Source: an uncultured Alphaproteobacteria bacterium (lineage in GTDB: Bacteria > Pseudomonadota > Alphaproteobacteria > Rhodobacterales > Rhodobacteraceae). From it: a stretch of 64,000 bases of DNA. Shown here piece after piece: positions 56,732 through 64,000 of this stretch. How positions within the stretch are numbered: position 1 is the first letter of the stretch; each line of letters begins with the position of its first letter. The position numbers and the translations under genes are program-made. The notes under the pieces were generated by a model. The model was not told the origin of the DNA. It saw only the letters and a list, made by a program, of their open reading frames with translations, and ran no database searches. Location: contig CAWIIL010000003.1 of NCBI GenBank assembly GCA_963836255.1, positions 9,910 to 73,909 on the forward strand. Direction: 5' to 3'.

Positions 56732-58057
56732 ATGACCAAGTCCCCGGAGAAATCGAAAGTCGTCCGCAAGCTGCGCTGCGCCGTCTACACCCGCAAATCC
56801 TCCGAGGAAGGGCTGGAGCAGGAGTTCAACTCGCTCCACGCCCAGCGCGACGCCTGCGAGGCCTACATCGCCAGCCAGAGGTCCGAGGGCTGGGTGCTGG
56901 TCCGCGATCAGTATGACGACGGCGGCATCTCCGGCGGCACGCTGGATCGCCCCGGCCTGAAACGCTTGTTGGCCGACATCGACGACGGACTTGTCGACGT
57001 GGTGGTGGTCTACAAGATCGACCGCCTCAGCCGCTCGCTGGCGGATTTCGCCAAGCTGGTGGAGGTGTTCGACCGCAATGGCGTCACCTTCGTCTCGGTG
57101 ACGCAGTCGTTCAACACCACCACGTCGATGGGGCGGCTGACGCTGAACATCCTGCTCAGCTTCGCGCAGTTCGAGCGCGAGGTGACGGCCGAGCGCATCC
57201 GCGACAAGGTCGCCGCCTCTCGGCGCAAGGGCATGTGGATGGGAGGATGCCCGCCCTTCGGATACGAGGTGAAGGACCGCAAGCTCGTCGTCAACGAGGG
57301 AGATGCCGCGCATGTCCGCTGGATCTTCGCCCGGTTCATCGAGATCGGCTCGGGTACTGAACTGGCGCGGGAAATCGCGAAGCGCGGTGTTCGGACCAGC
57401 CGTGGCAACAGGATCGACAAGAAGTATCTGTATCGGCTGCTGAACAACCGCGCCCTGATCGGCGAGGCGGTGCATAGGGGGACCAGCTATCCCGGCGAGC
57501 ATGCCGCCATCATCGACCGCGAGACGTGGGACAAGGTCCACGCCATCCTGCAGGAAAGCCCCCGCAAGCGCGCGGCTCGCACCCGTGCCGAGACGCCCGC
57601 GCTGCTGAAGGGACTGCTGTTCGGGCCGGATGGGGCCGCGTTCTCGCCGACGCACACCCGGAAGGGCGAGAGACTCTACCGCTACTATGTCAGCCAGACC
57701 GTGTTGAAGTATGGCGCCAGATCATGCCCGGTCGGCCGCGTGCCTGCGGGCGAGATCGAGGCGGCCGTCATCGACCAGCTGCGCGCCGTGTTCCGCCAGC
57801 CGGAAATCGTTGCGGGGACGTGGAAGGCGGCACGCGGCCACGCCGACGACATCACCGAGGCCAAAGTCCGCGCAGCCCTACAGCAGCTCGATCCGCTATG
57901 GGACGAACTGTTCCCCGCCGAACAGGCACGGGTTGTCGCGCTGCTCGTCGAGCGCGTCGACATCGGCCCCGAGGGCTTGACCGTCCGGCTTCGCGTCGAC
58001 GGACTGACCGGCCTCGCCAACGAGTTGCAAGCGCCGAGGCGGGGGCAGGCGGCATGA
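56732..58057 (+). CDS. large serine recombinase
   Basis: ATG 56732. Catalytic N-domain CAVYTRKSSEE...YKIDRLSRS. Recombinase domain and coiled-coil C-terminus. 441 aa. Confidence 0.9.
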   Translation: MTKSPEKSKVVRKLRCAVYTRKSSEEGLEQEFNSLHAQRDACEAYIASQRSEGWVLVRDQYDDGGISGGTLDRPGLKRLLADIDDGLVDVVVVYKIDRLSRSLADFAKLVEVFDRNGVTFVSVTQSFNTTTSMGRLTLNILLSFAQFEREVTAERIRDKVAASRRKGMWMGGCPPFGYEVKDRKLVVNEGDAAHVRWIFARFIEIGSGTELAREIAKRGVRTSRGNRIDKKYLYRLLNNRALIGEAVHRGTSYPGEHAAIIDRETWDKVHAILQESPRKRAARTRAETPALLKGLLFGPDGAAFSPTHTRKGERLYRYYVSQTVLKYGARSCPVGRVPAGEIEAAVIDQLRAVFRQPEIVAGTWKAARGHADDITEAKVRAALQQLDPLWDELFPAEQARVVALLVERVDIGPEGLTVRLRVDGLTGLANELQAPRRGQAA

Positions 58058-58437
58058 CCCGCGCGAAGCCTGTCCCCGAGACGGTGACGCTCCACGTCCC
58101 GTTCCGCATCGTGAAGCGCGGCGGGCGGAAGGAGATGCAACTGCCCGAGGGCTCAGCGCGACCGCACAAGGCCGACAACACGCTGGTCAAGGCTCTGGCC
58201 CGCGCGTTCCGCTGGAAACGGATTTTGGAGTCCGGGGAATTTACGACCATCGCCGAGCTGGCCGAGCGCGAGTGCATCGCGCACTCCTACATGACCCGCG
58301 TCCTGCGACTGACGCTGCTCGCACCCGACATCGTCGAGGCGATCCTTGACGGGAATCAGGGACCGAGGGTGACGTTGGCTCGCTTTCTCGAGCGTGTTCC
58401 GGTGGAGTGGGCAGAGCAGGCAGACCGGTTCGAATGA
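58054..58437 (+). CDS. recombinase-associated small protein with probable HTH
   Basis: ATG overlaps the recombinase stop (ATGA). TIAELAERECIAHSYMTRVLRLTLLAPDIVEAILDG looks like a helix-turn-helix. 127 aa. Confidence 0.65.
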   Translation: MTRAKPVPETVTLHVPFRIVKRGGRKEMQLPEGSARPHKADNTLVKALARAFRWKRILESGEFTTIAELAERECIAHSYMTRVLRLTLLAPDIVEAILDGNQGPRVTLARFLERVPVEWAEQADRFE

Positions 58438-58583
58438 AACAGACAACCAAAGAGCATGGTCGCAACTGGCTCCCAGTCTTCCTTTCGGCGATAGAAGGTC
58501 TTGAGCGCGTTCCGCTGACCGGGGCCGTCGGCTTGGAAGAGGTCGCCACTGTAGCGGCCTCCTGAAGCGGGCCGGGCGCGATG

Positions 58584-59132
58584 TCAGATTGGCGCTTGCA
58601 CGGCGAGCGTGGTGGTCACGGACTGCGGATCCCGCAGAGCTAGAAACCATGGGTCCATTTCCAGAACCCGGTCGACGACATCCCTCACCAGATCCTCATG
58701 GTGCGATGTCGTGACTTCGACCGAGATGCGTGTTTCCAGCGGGGCGGCCGATCTGTCGCCCAGGCCGAAGATCGCACTGTCGTCGAAATCCATCTCGACC
58801 GAGACATCAACTGCATCGAAGGTCAGCCCCGAGCGCGCGGCGAACATCTTCACGCCAATTGCAACGCAGCCGACAACGGCGGCGCGTCCGAAAAACCCGG
58901 GTGAAGGCGCGGTCGCATCACCACCCATGCCACGGCTCATGTCGATCCTCGTGGCGAAGCGGCCCTGCTCGACGAGACAGGTCAACCCGTCCTCGATGCG
59001 GCCGGAGGTGACGCAGGTGCTTTCCGTCACGTCCGGGCGCAGGGTCATCCGGTCGATGACCGCGTTTTGGGCGGCGCGGATACGTTCATCGCGGGTCTGG
59101 TTTTGCGAGGCGACTTTGAGATGATGGGTCAT
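58584..59132 (-). CDS. OsmC/Ohr-family protein
   Basis: 182 aa. OsmC-like core PSPGFFGRAAVVGCVAIGV. Confidence 0.7.
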   Translation of the reverse strand: MTHHLKVASQNQTRDERIRAAQNAVIDRMTLRPDVTESTCVTSGRIEDGLTCLVEQGRFATRIDMSRGMGGDATAPSPGFFGRAAVVGCVAIGVKMFAARSGLTFDAVDVSVEMDFDDSAIFGLGDRSAAPLETRISVEVTTSHHEDLVRDVVDRVLEMDPWFLALRDPQSVTTTLAVQAPI

Positions 59133-59147
59133 GAGCGCGGCTTTCTG

Positions 59148-60383
59148 CTAGGCGGCCATCAGGCCGCTGGATGCGTAAAGGTGGAGAGCCAAGGCCCGAG
59201 CGTCGGATCCGACCCCGTCGATCAGTGTCGATTTGCGCGTCCGAAGAAACGGGAGGCCAAGGGCGTAGAGACCGGGCGCCACGACTCCGCCCTGGTGCTT
59301 CAGCCGTCCCTTGCCGTCGAAGACCGGAAGGTGCAGCCAGCTGAAATCGGGCTGGAATCCCGTCGCCCAGAGAACTGTCGAGATCGCGTCGACAGCGAAG
59401 CCGACCTTGAGCCGTGGCGCGGCCGGAACGCGTGTCGGCGCGAACCGCATGGCGGGACCCAACGGATCGATCCCGTGCCGAAGGGCCCAGGCGTCGATCT
59501 GCGCCAAGGTGCGGGTCATCTTCAGATCCGACAGCGCGACGGCGTTGGCCAGCGACCCGGAAAAGAGCGCGGTTCCGTCCCGAACTCCAGCCAGTCGACC
59601 GACGATCTCCACACCCATGTCCTGCAGTGCGTTCAGGTCAAGAAACTCCGAACGGCTATCGCCGACGAGTTGCAGGGAAGGGACCGATCGCGCGCGGGCA
59701 ATGTCGTCGACGGTATCACTCGTCATGGACAGTATGCCCGTGCGGTCGAGCCACCATTGAATGTCGCGTCCGCGGTAGTGACGCGGCATCCGGACGTGGT
59801 TGCCCGCGGAAAGTATGACGCGTCGCCCGGTTGCCCGGATCTCGGCGGCGAGCTGGACACCGGTGGCGGAGGCACCAACGACCAGCACTGCACCATCCGG
59901 AAGGTGCGAGGGGTTGCGATAATTCAATGGCGACAGTTGTGTCACGTGCTGCGGCACATCAGACGCGAAGGCCGGTATGCTGGCAAGGTTGCAGGCGCCG
60001 CTGGCCAGTACGACGTTGGCGCATCGCCAGTCGCCCTTGTCTGTTCGCACACGGTAGCCGGCGTCTTCAGCCGTCACGGACGTGACTGTCGTTCCGGTCT
60101 CAACCGGCGCCGCGGACATCGCGGCATAGTCTTCGAGAAAAACGCGGACTTCCCGCATGTCCATGAAGCCGTCCGGATCCGCACCCGCGTACGCGAAACC
60201 CGGCAGTCTGCTTTGCCAGTTAGGGGTCAGCAGCCGCAGGCTGTCCCATCGCTCTGTCACCCAGGAATTGGCGATCTTGCCGCGCTCCAGAATCACATGG
60301 GGCTCAGAGATGTCGGACAGGCAGCGGCTCATTGCCAGGCCGGCTTGGCCGGCGCCGATGATGAGGGTTGAAACGCGGTTCAT
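59148..60383 (-). CDS. FAD/NAD(P)-dependent flavin monooxygenase-like oxidoreductase
   Basis: Two dinucleotide motifs: IIGAGQAGLA and VVGASATGVQLA. ATGF near the C-terminus. Confidence 0.8.
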   Translation of the reverse strand: MNRVSTLIIGAGQAGLAMSRCLSDISEPHVILERGKIANSWVTERWDSLRLLTPNWQSRLPGFAYAGADPDGFMDMREVRVFLEDYAAMSAAPVETGTTVTSVTAEDAGYRVRTDKGDWRCANVVLASGACNLASIPAFASDVPQHVTQLSPLNYRNPSHLPDGAVLVVGASATGVQLAAEIRATGRRVILSAGNHVRMPRHYRGRDIQWWLDRTGILSMTSDTVDDIARARSVPSLQLVGDSRSEFLDLNALQDMGVEIVGRLAGVRDGTALFSGSLANAVALSDLKMTRTLAQIDAWALRHGIDPLGPAMRFAPTRVPAAPRLKVGFAVDAISTVLWATGFQPDFSWLHLPVFDGKGRLKHQGGVVAPGLYALGLPFLRTRKSTLIDGVGSDARALALHLYASSGLMAA

Positions 60384-60446
60384 GACATTGCCCCTTTTGA
60401 ATGGTTGGTTCCTGCCCGGTGCATCAGGGCAGGAACCAGACGATCG

Positions 60447-61010
60447 TCAGTCCACAGTCACGGACACGTTCGTCGGATTGGTGATGATGTCGAACAGCGC
60501 CGAGCGCTTCTGTGACTGAGCCACAAGCGCGCGGATATCCTCGTCACTGGCGTCGGCATCGATCTCGAATGAGACTCTGATGGCCGAAAACCCGTTCCGG
60601 ATCTCGGGATCCATCCCGAGTATGCCCTGAACATCGATATCGCCCTCGACGATCGCACGCGCCGAATTGATCTGGATGCCCCGGTGCTGTGCCACAGAAG
60701 CCAGACCGCCCATCAGGCAGCTTGCCAGCGCAGAGAGCACAATCTCGGTGGGCGTGGGCGCGCGGTCCGCGGCGGCAAAGACCTCCGGGTGATCACTTTC
60801 GATCCTGTAAGTCCGCTTGCGCTCATGCTCCTGACCGAGGCCGAAATAGCCGCCGATCGTGTTGGAGCTGTAGGTCCCCTCCACCCAGTCGCAGGTGCTG
60901 CGGAAGGTGAAGGCGGCGGCCTCGGGCATTTCAGCGAATGCGCCACGTGCGCCAATCAGGGCTTCGGTGTTGACGCCGTTGTTCACGGCAGTTGCTGCGT
61001 TGATGGTCAT
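60447..61010 (-). CDS. OsmC-family protein (long form)
   Basis: ATG 61010. PTPTEIVLSALASCLMGG. No second CP-type cysteine visible. 187 aa. Confidence 0.75.
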   Translation of the reverse strand: MTINAATAVNNGVNTEALIGARGAFAEMPEAAAFTFRSTCDWVEGTYSSNTIGGYFGLGQEHERKRTYRIESDHPEVFAAADRAPTPTEIVLSALASCLMGGLASVAQHRGIQINSARAIVEGDIDVQGILGMDPEIRNGFSAIRVSFEIDADASDEDIRALVAQSQKRSALFDIITNPTNVSVTVD

Positions 61011-61057
61011 GGTCTTTCCTTTCAGGTTGGTTGGGTCTTCGGTTGGTGGTCGGAGTG

Positions 61058-61945
61058 TCACGCGCCGGGAGCGCGTGCGGTGATGAGCCAGGAGGACGAG
61101 TCCATCCAAAGCCCGTCATTCCTTGCCGCGATGTCGCGGAAGTGTGCTTCGAGCGCCGCTTCGATGTCGGCGCGCCGTTCCTCGGCAAGCGCGCCCGCCT
61201 CGCGGAACGTCTCGCCGGCCGGTCCGATGGCCAGCTGAAAGGCGATGGCGTCGGCGATATCGCGTCCGACGTTCACCTTCGCGTCGATGCGTTGGAAGTC
61301 GATGTCGATGTATCCTGCGGCTTTCATCTGGGCGCGCGTAACGGTCTCGTCCGCCATTGAAAACGGCCCCGGCCCGCAGGTCTGGGCAGCTTCGCCGGGG
61401 GCCGGCAGAAACTGCCGAACGATGTCGCGCGCGTCGATCAGCCAGGGATTGTCCTCACGGCGCCGCCAGACGATGTGCGCCATCCGTCCCCCGGGTTTCA
61501 TACAGGCGCGCATGGCCCTGAGACCGGCGACCGGATTGGCGAAGAACATCGTGCCGAACCGGGCGAATACGAAATCGAACTCGTCTTCATCCATGCCCCG
61601 TTCCACATCGCCTGGGATGAAGCGGACATTTCCAACTCGCTGGCGCTCGGCGTCGTCGCGGGCCAGATCGAGGAAGGCATCACAGCAATCCACGCCCACG
61701 ACCTCGCCGGCCGCTCCGGCACGCTCCGCCAGGAGGAGTGCCGTGTCGCCAAAGCCGCAGCCGACATCCAGAATGCGATCGCCAGAGCGGATCGGCAGTT
61801 CCGGAAAGACCGCTTCAGAGTGGCGCGACAGGCCGCCCTGCAGCACATGCCGGAAGCGGATGAATTTTGGCGCCAGGACCTCGTTCCAGAAGTGCACCGG
61901 CTGCGATTGATCCGCGGCAGGGACGATCTTTTCTTGAATGGTCAT
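61058..61945 (-). CDS. class I SAM-dependent methyltransferase
   Basis: ILDVGCGFGD motif I and VVGVDCC motif II. 295 aa. Confidence 0.85.
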   Translation of the reverse strand: MTIQEKIVPAADQSQPVHFWNEVLAPKFIRFRHVLQGGLSRHSEAVFPELPIRSGDRILDVGCGFGDTALLLAERAGAAGEVVGVDCCDAFLDLARDDAERQRVGNVRFIPGDVERGMDEDEFDFVFARFGTMFFANPVAGLRAMRACMKPGGRMAHIVWRRREDNPWLIDARDIVRQFLPAPGEAAQTCGPGPFSMADETVTRAQMKAAGYIDIDFQRIDAKVNVGRDIADAIAFQLAIGPAGETFREAGALAEERRADIEAALEAHFRDIAARNDGLWMDSSSWLITARAPGA

Positions 61946-62122
61946 GTTCCGTCCTTCTCTTCTCGTCGGGGTGGCGACGATCAGTTCGTGCGCCGATGAC
62001 AGGAGAGATACGGGCTGGCCGTGCGACGGGATACTTCAGGCCTGAAAGCAAACCACTACAGAATCCAGAGCAATGTGCTACAGATTGTGAAGTTCCTGGG
62101 TTGGACCGAAGGGAGAGGGTCG

Positions 62123-62809
62123 ATGAACTACAACCAATTCTGTCCCATCGCGAAGGCTGCGGAGATACTGGGTGAGCGCTGGAACATCCTGATCCTGCGT
62201 GAGATTCTGATGGGCGGCCGGCGTTTCAACGTGCTGCAGCGCGGATTGGGCGACATTTCACCGGCGCTTCTGACCAAGAGGCTGAAACAACTCGAAGATC
62301 AGAATATGATCATCCGCCGACGCATCCCAGGCCAGAAAGGGTATGAGTACTTCCCGACCGAAGCCTGCGAATCCCTTTTGCCGGTTCTGTTCGCCCTCGG
62401 CGAATGGGGGATCATCTGGGCGAAGAACACGATCCTCGATCAGGATTTTGATGTGGAGTTCCTGATGCTCTACCTTGAACGCAGCATCGACCGCGAGAAG
62501 ATCAAAGGGCTTGAGACGATCATCAAGTTCCGCTTCTCGGACCTGGAAGAGCAGCAGGACTGGTGGTTGGTCGTCAGTCCGGAAAAGTCCGAGGTCTGCA
62601 TCAAGGATCCGGGCAAGGACATCGACGTCTATTTCAACTGTTCCGTCCAGACCCTGTCGGACATCTGGATGGGCGACCGGACCTATCGCGATGCCATCAA
62701 AAACGGCGACCTGCTCATGGACGGAGATCCAAGCCTGACCCGCAACGTGACGGCCTGGCTGAGGCCAGGCATCTTTGCGAACTCGCCCCGTGAAGCTCTG
62801 CCGGAATGA
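62123..62809 (+). CDS. HxlR-family winged-helix regulator with C-terminal SCP2-like extension
   Basis: CPIAKAAEILGERWNILILREIL, LLTKRLKQLEDQNMI. Divergent from the methyltransferase. Visibly lower GC than the surroundings. Confidence 0.8.
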   Translation: MNYNQFCPIAKAAEILGERWNILILREILMGGRRFNVLQRGLGDISPALLTKRLKQLEDQNMIIRRRIPGQKGYEYFPTEACESLLPVLFALGEWGIIWAKNTILDQDFDVEFLMLYLERSIDREKIKGLETIIKFRFSDLEEQQDWWLVVSPEKSEVCIKDPGKDIDVYFNCSVQTLSDIWMGDRTYRDAIKNGDLLMDGDPSLTRNVTAWLRPGIFANSPREALPE

Positions 62810-63084
62810 AAGGCCATCTTTGATGCTCTTGATGGCTGCGTTCTGACGATGGTCTATCTCCTCTCCGTTCCATCATCGCGGCCTCGCACACAGGATTCCT
62901 GACAGTTCCGCGGAAATCCGGAACAGTGAGATCTGACGGTTATGCTCAGATCACCGGATCGAGTTCGGACCAGACTCGCCTTGCCTTCACCGCCTACTCA
63001 CGCCGCATCCGGTCAACTCTGAGACCCGCGGTCATGCGCCGGCGATGCCGGGCACTCCACAATATCCCAGCCCAATTCAGAAGC

Positions 63085-63354
63085 TCAGGCGCCGCCCTCG
63101 ACCTCTATGTACATTTCGATCGGATCGATCACCGTGTGTTGGGCCTTGCTCTCTGCGGCCTCTGATGATCCGAGGATGGCCTTCATCCTGTCAAGGTCCA
63201 CGTCCTCGAAGACGATCGAAATCCGATCCTGGTCGGAATGCCTGAAAATCCGGTGGCCCGAACAGAAGCCGGAGAACGTTTTTGTGCGCACGTCTCCTCC
63301 GCCCAACCATGTGTCCATGTTCCCGACCGCGTGTGTCACGACAACCGTAGTCAT
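63085..63354 (-). CDS. hypothetical small protein (89 aa)
   Basis: ATG-initiated ORF MTTVVVTHAVGNMDTWLGGGD... Family not recognised with confidence. Confidence 0.45.
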   Translation of the reverse strand: MTTVVVTHAVGNMDTWLGGGDVRTKTFSGFCSGHRIFRHSDQDRISIVFEDVDLDRMKAILGSSEAAESKAQHTVIDPIEMYIEVEGGA

Positions 63355-63595
63355 GTTGACTCCCCCCTGATTCCGCCGTGCTTTGTGTACGCTGCGGCGG
63401 CGTCCAATCTAACAGGTCTGATTGGAAATCCCTACAACTCGCGGAAGGTCCGTTCTGCCCGCAACCGGGACATCCGGCGACTTTGGTCGGATGATGGCTT
63501 CACGGCCCAGAAGCGACATTTTTGCATTGATATGCTATGTTCTGTTCTCGAGGCCGTCATGCAAGCAGAAGCCCAGCCAATGGGAGGTATGTTAC

Positions 63596-63889
63596 ATGAT
63601 CATGCGCATTTTTCAGGTCACAACCAAAGAGGGCAAAGAGGAGGAGTTCGGCGACTTCTTCCACAACGTTGCCATACCGCTGATGAGGGGAACTGAGGGG
63701 ATCGTACAGGTCTTGCCGGGTGCGCCCCGCACGGACAGCCCCACTGAATTCAGCTTCGTGATGATCTGGAAGGACCTCGCTTCGCTCAAGGCCTTTGTCG
63801 GCGATGATTATCAAACGCCACATATCGATCCCGCGGAAGCGGAATTGGTCGCGTCCAGAACGATCAAGCACTACGAACTCGTGGAGTGA
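63596..63889 (+). CDS. antibiotic-biosynthesis-monooxygenase (ABM/Dabb)-like small protein
   Basis: GGGAGG Shine-Dalgarno about 9 nt before ATG 63596. MIMRIFQVTTKEGKEEEF... ferredoxin-like fold pattern. 97 aa. Confidence 0.6.
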   Translation: MIMRIFQVTTKEGKEEEFGDFFHNVAIPLMRGTEGIVQVLPGAPRTDSPTEFSFVMIWKDLASLKAFVGDDYQTPHIDPAEAELVASRTIKHYELVE

Positions 63890-63894
63890 CGCAC

Positions 63895-64000
63895 ATGACG
63901 GCCGTAGCGACACAAGAAGAACTTAGGGCCGGTCGGGGGTATGAGGCCGTGTTCGTACCCGCACTGTTTGCGCCTTGGACCGGCCACGTCGTGCGCGGAG
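63895..64000 (+). CDS. probable SAM-dependent methyltransferase, 5' part (continues beyond window)
   Basis: MTAVATQEELRAGRGYEAVFVPALFAPWTGHVV resembles N-termini of a class I methyltransferase subgroup. Only 35 codons are visible. Confidence 0.35.
   Translation, partial: MTAVATQEELRAGRGYEAVFVPALFAPWTGHVVRG

Noticed and set aside
58438-58583. Start-less frame reading GGRYSGDLFQADGPGQRNALKTFYRRKEDWEPV downstream of the OsmC gene
   Set aside because: It has no start codon, is very short, and no family was recognised. It may be another gene scrap but cannot be supported.

Overview
This is a high-GC (about two-thirds G+C by eye) alphaproteobacterial chromosome segment. Gene content and synteny suggest a Rhodobacterales-type marine bacterium (inference). 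nt 1-47100 is mostly core genome. It holds a hydrolase, a transporter and a racemase-family gene. A long translationally coupled minus-strand chain follows: alr-mlaE-mlaF-radA-cvpA-purF-SDR. Also present are mgtE, dnaB, rpsF-rpsR-rplI, ppsA, guaB, rlmE, ppx and metF. Divergent from metF is a folate/corrinoid methyl-transfer cluster. The rest of the core part holds a peptide-type ABC importer, tRNA-Met(CAT), iolG-iolB, dusA, ruvX, ccmI and the sarcosine oxidase operon soxB-(orf)-soxD-soxA-soxG. nt 47100-64000 is a mosaic accessory region. It contains gene remnants, an IS30-family element with a 3-bp target duplication, a large serine recombinase, two beta-lactamase-fold hydrolases, GNATs, a CPBP protease, an Acg-type nitroreductase, and an HxlR-associated OsmC-monooxygenase-OsmC-methyltransferase operon. 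Several genes are visibly damaged. radA carries a 1-nt insertion. Two unrelated NTF2/SnoaL-like genes carry in-frame TAA and TAG stops. A family-3 binding-protein gene, an rsgA remnant, a cytochrome d1-domain fragment and an IS-split lipoprotein gene are also degraded. The ORF track translates GTG/TTG starts as M. Many long track ORFs are antisense or out-of-frame high-GC artefacts. I saw no rRNA, CRISPR array, prophage structural genes or recognisable defence-system domains. I could not identify a clear-cut new system. The best candidates for undescribed biology are the accessory operons at 52.9-56.5 kb and 58.6-62.8 kb, the extra ORF inside the sox operon, the split corrinoid/folate module, and the low-GC sugar-transferase/NusG-paralogue islet.
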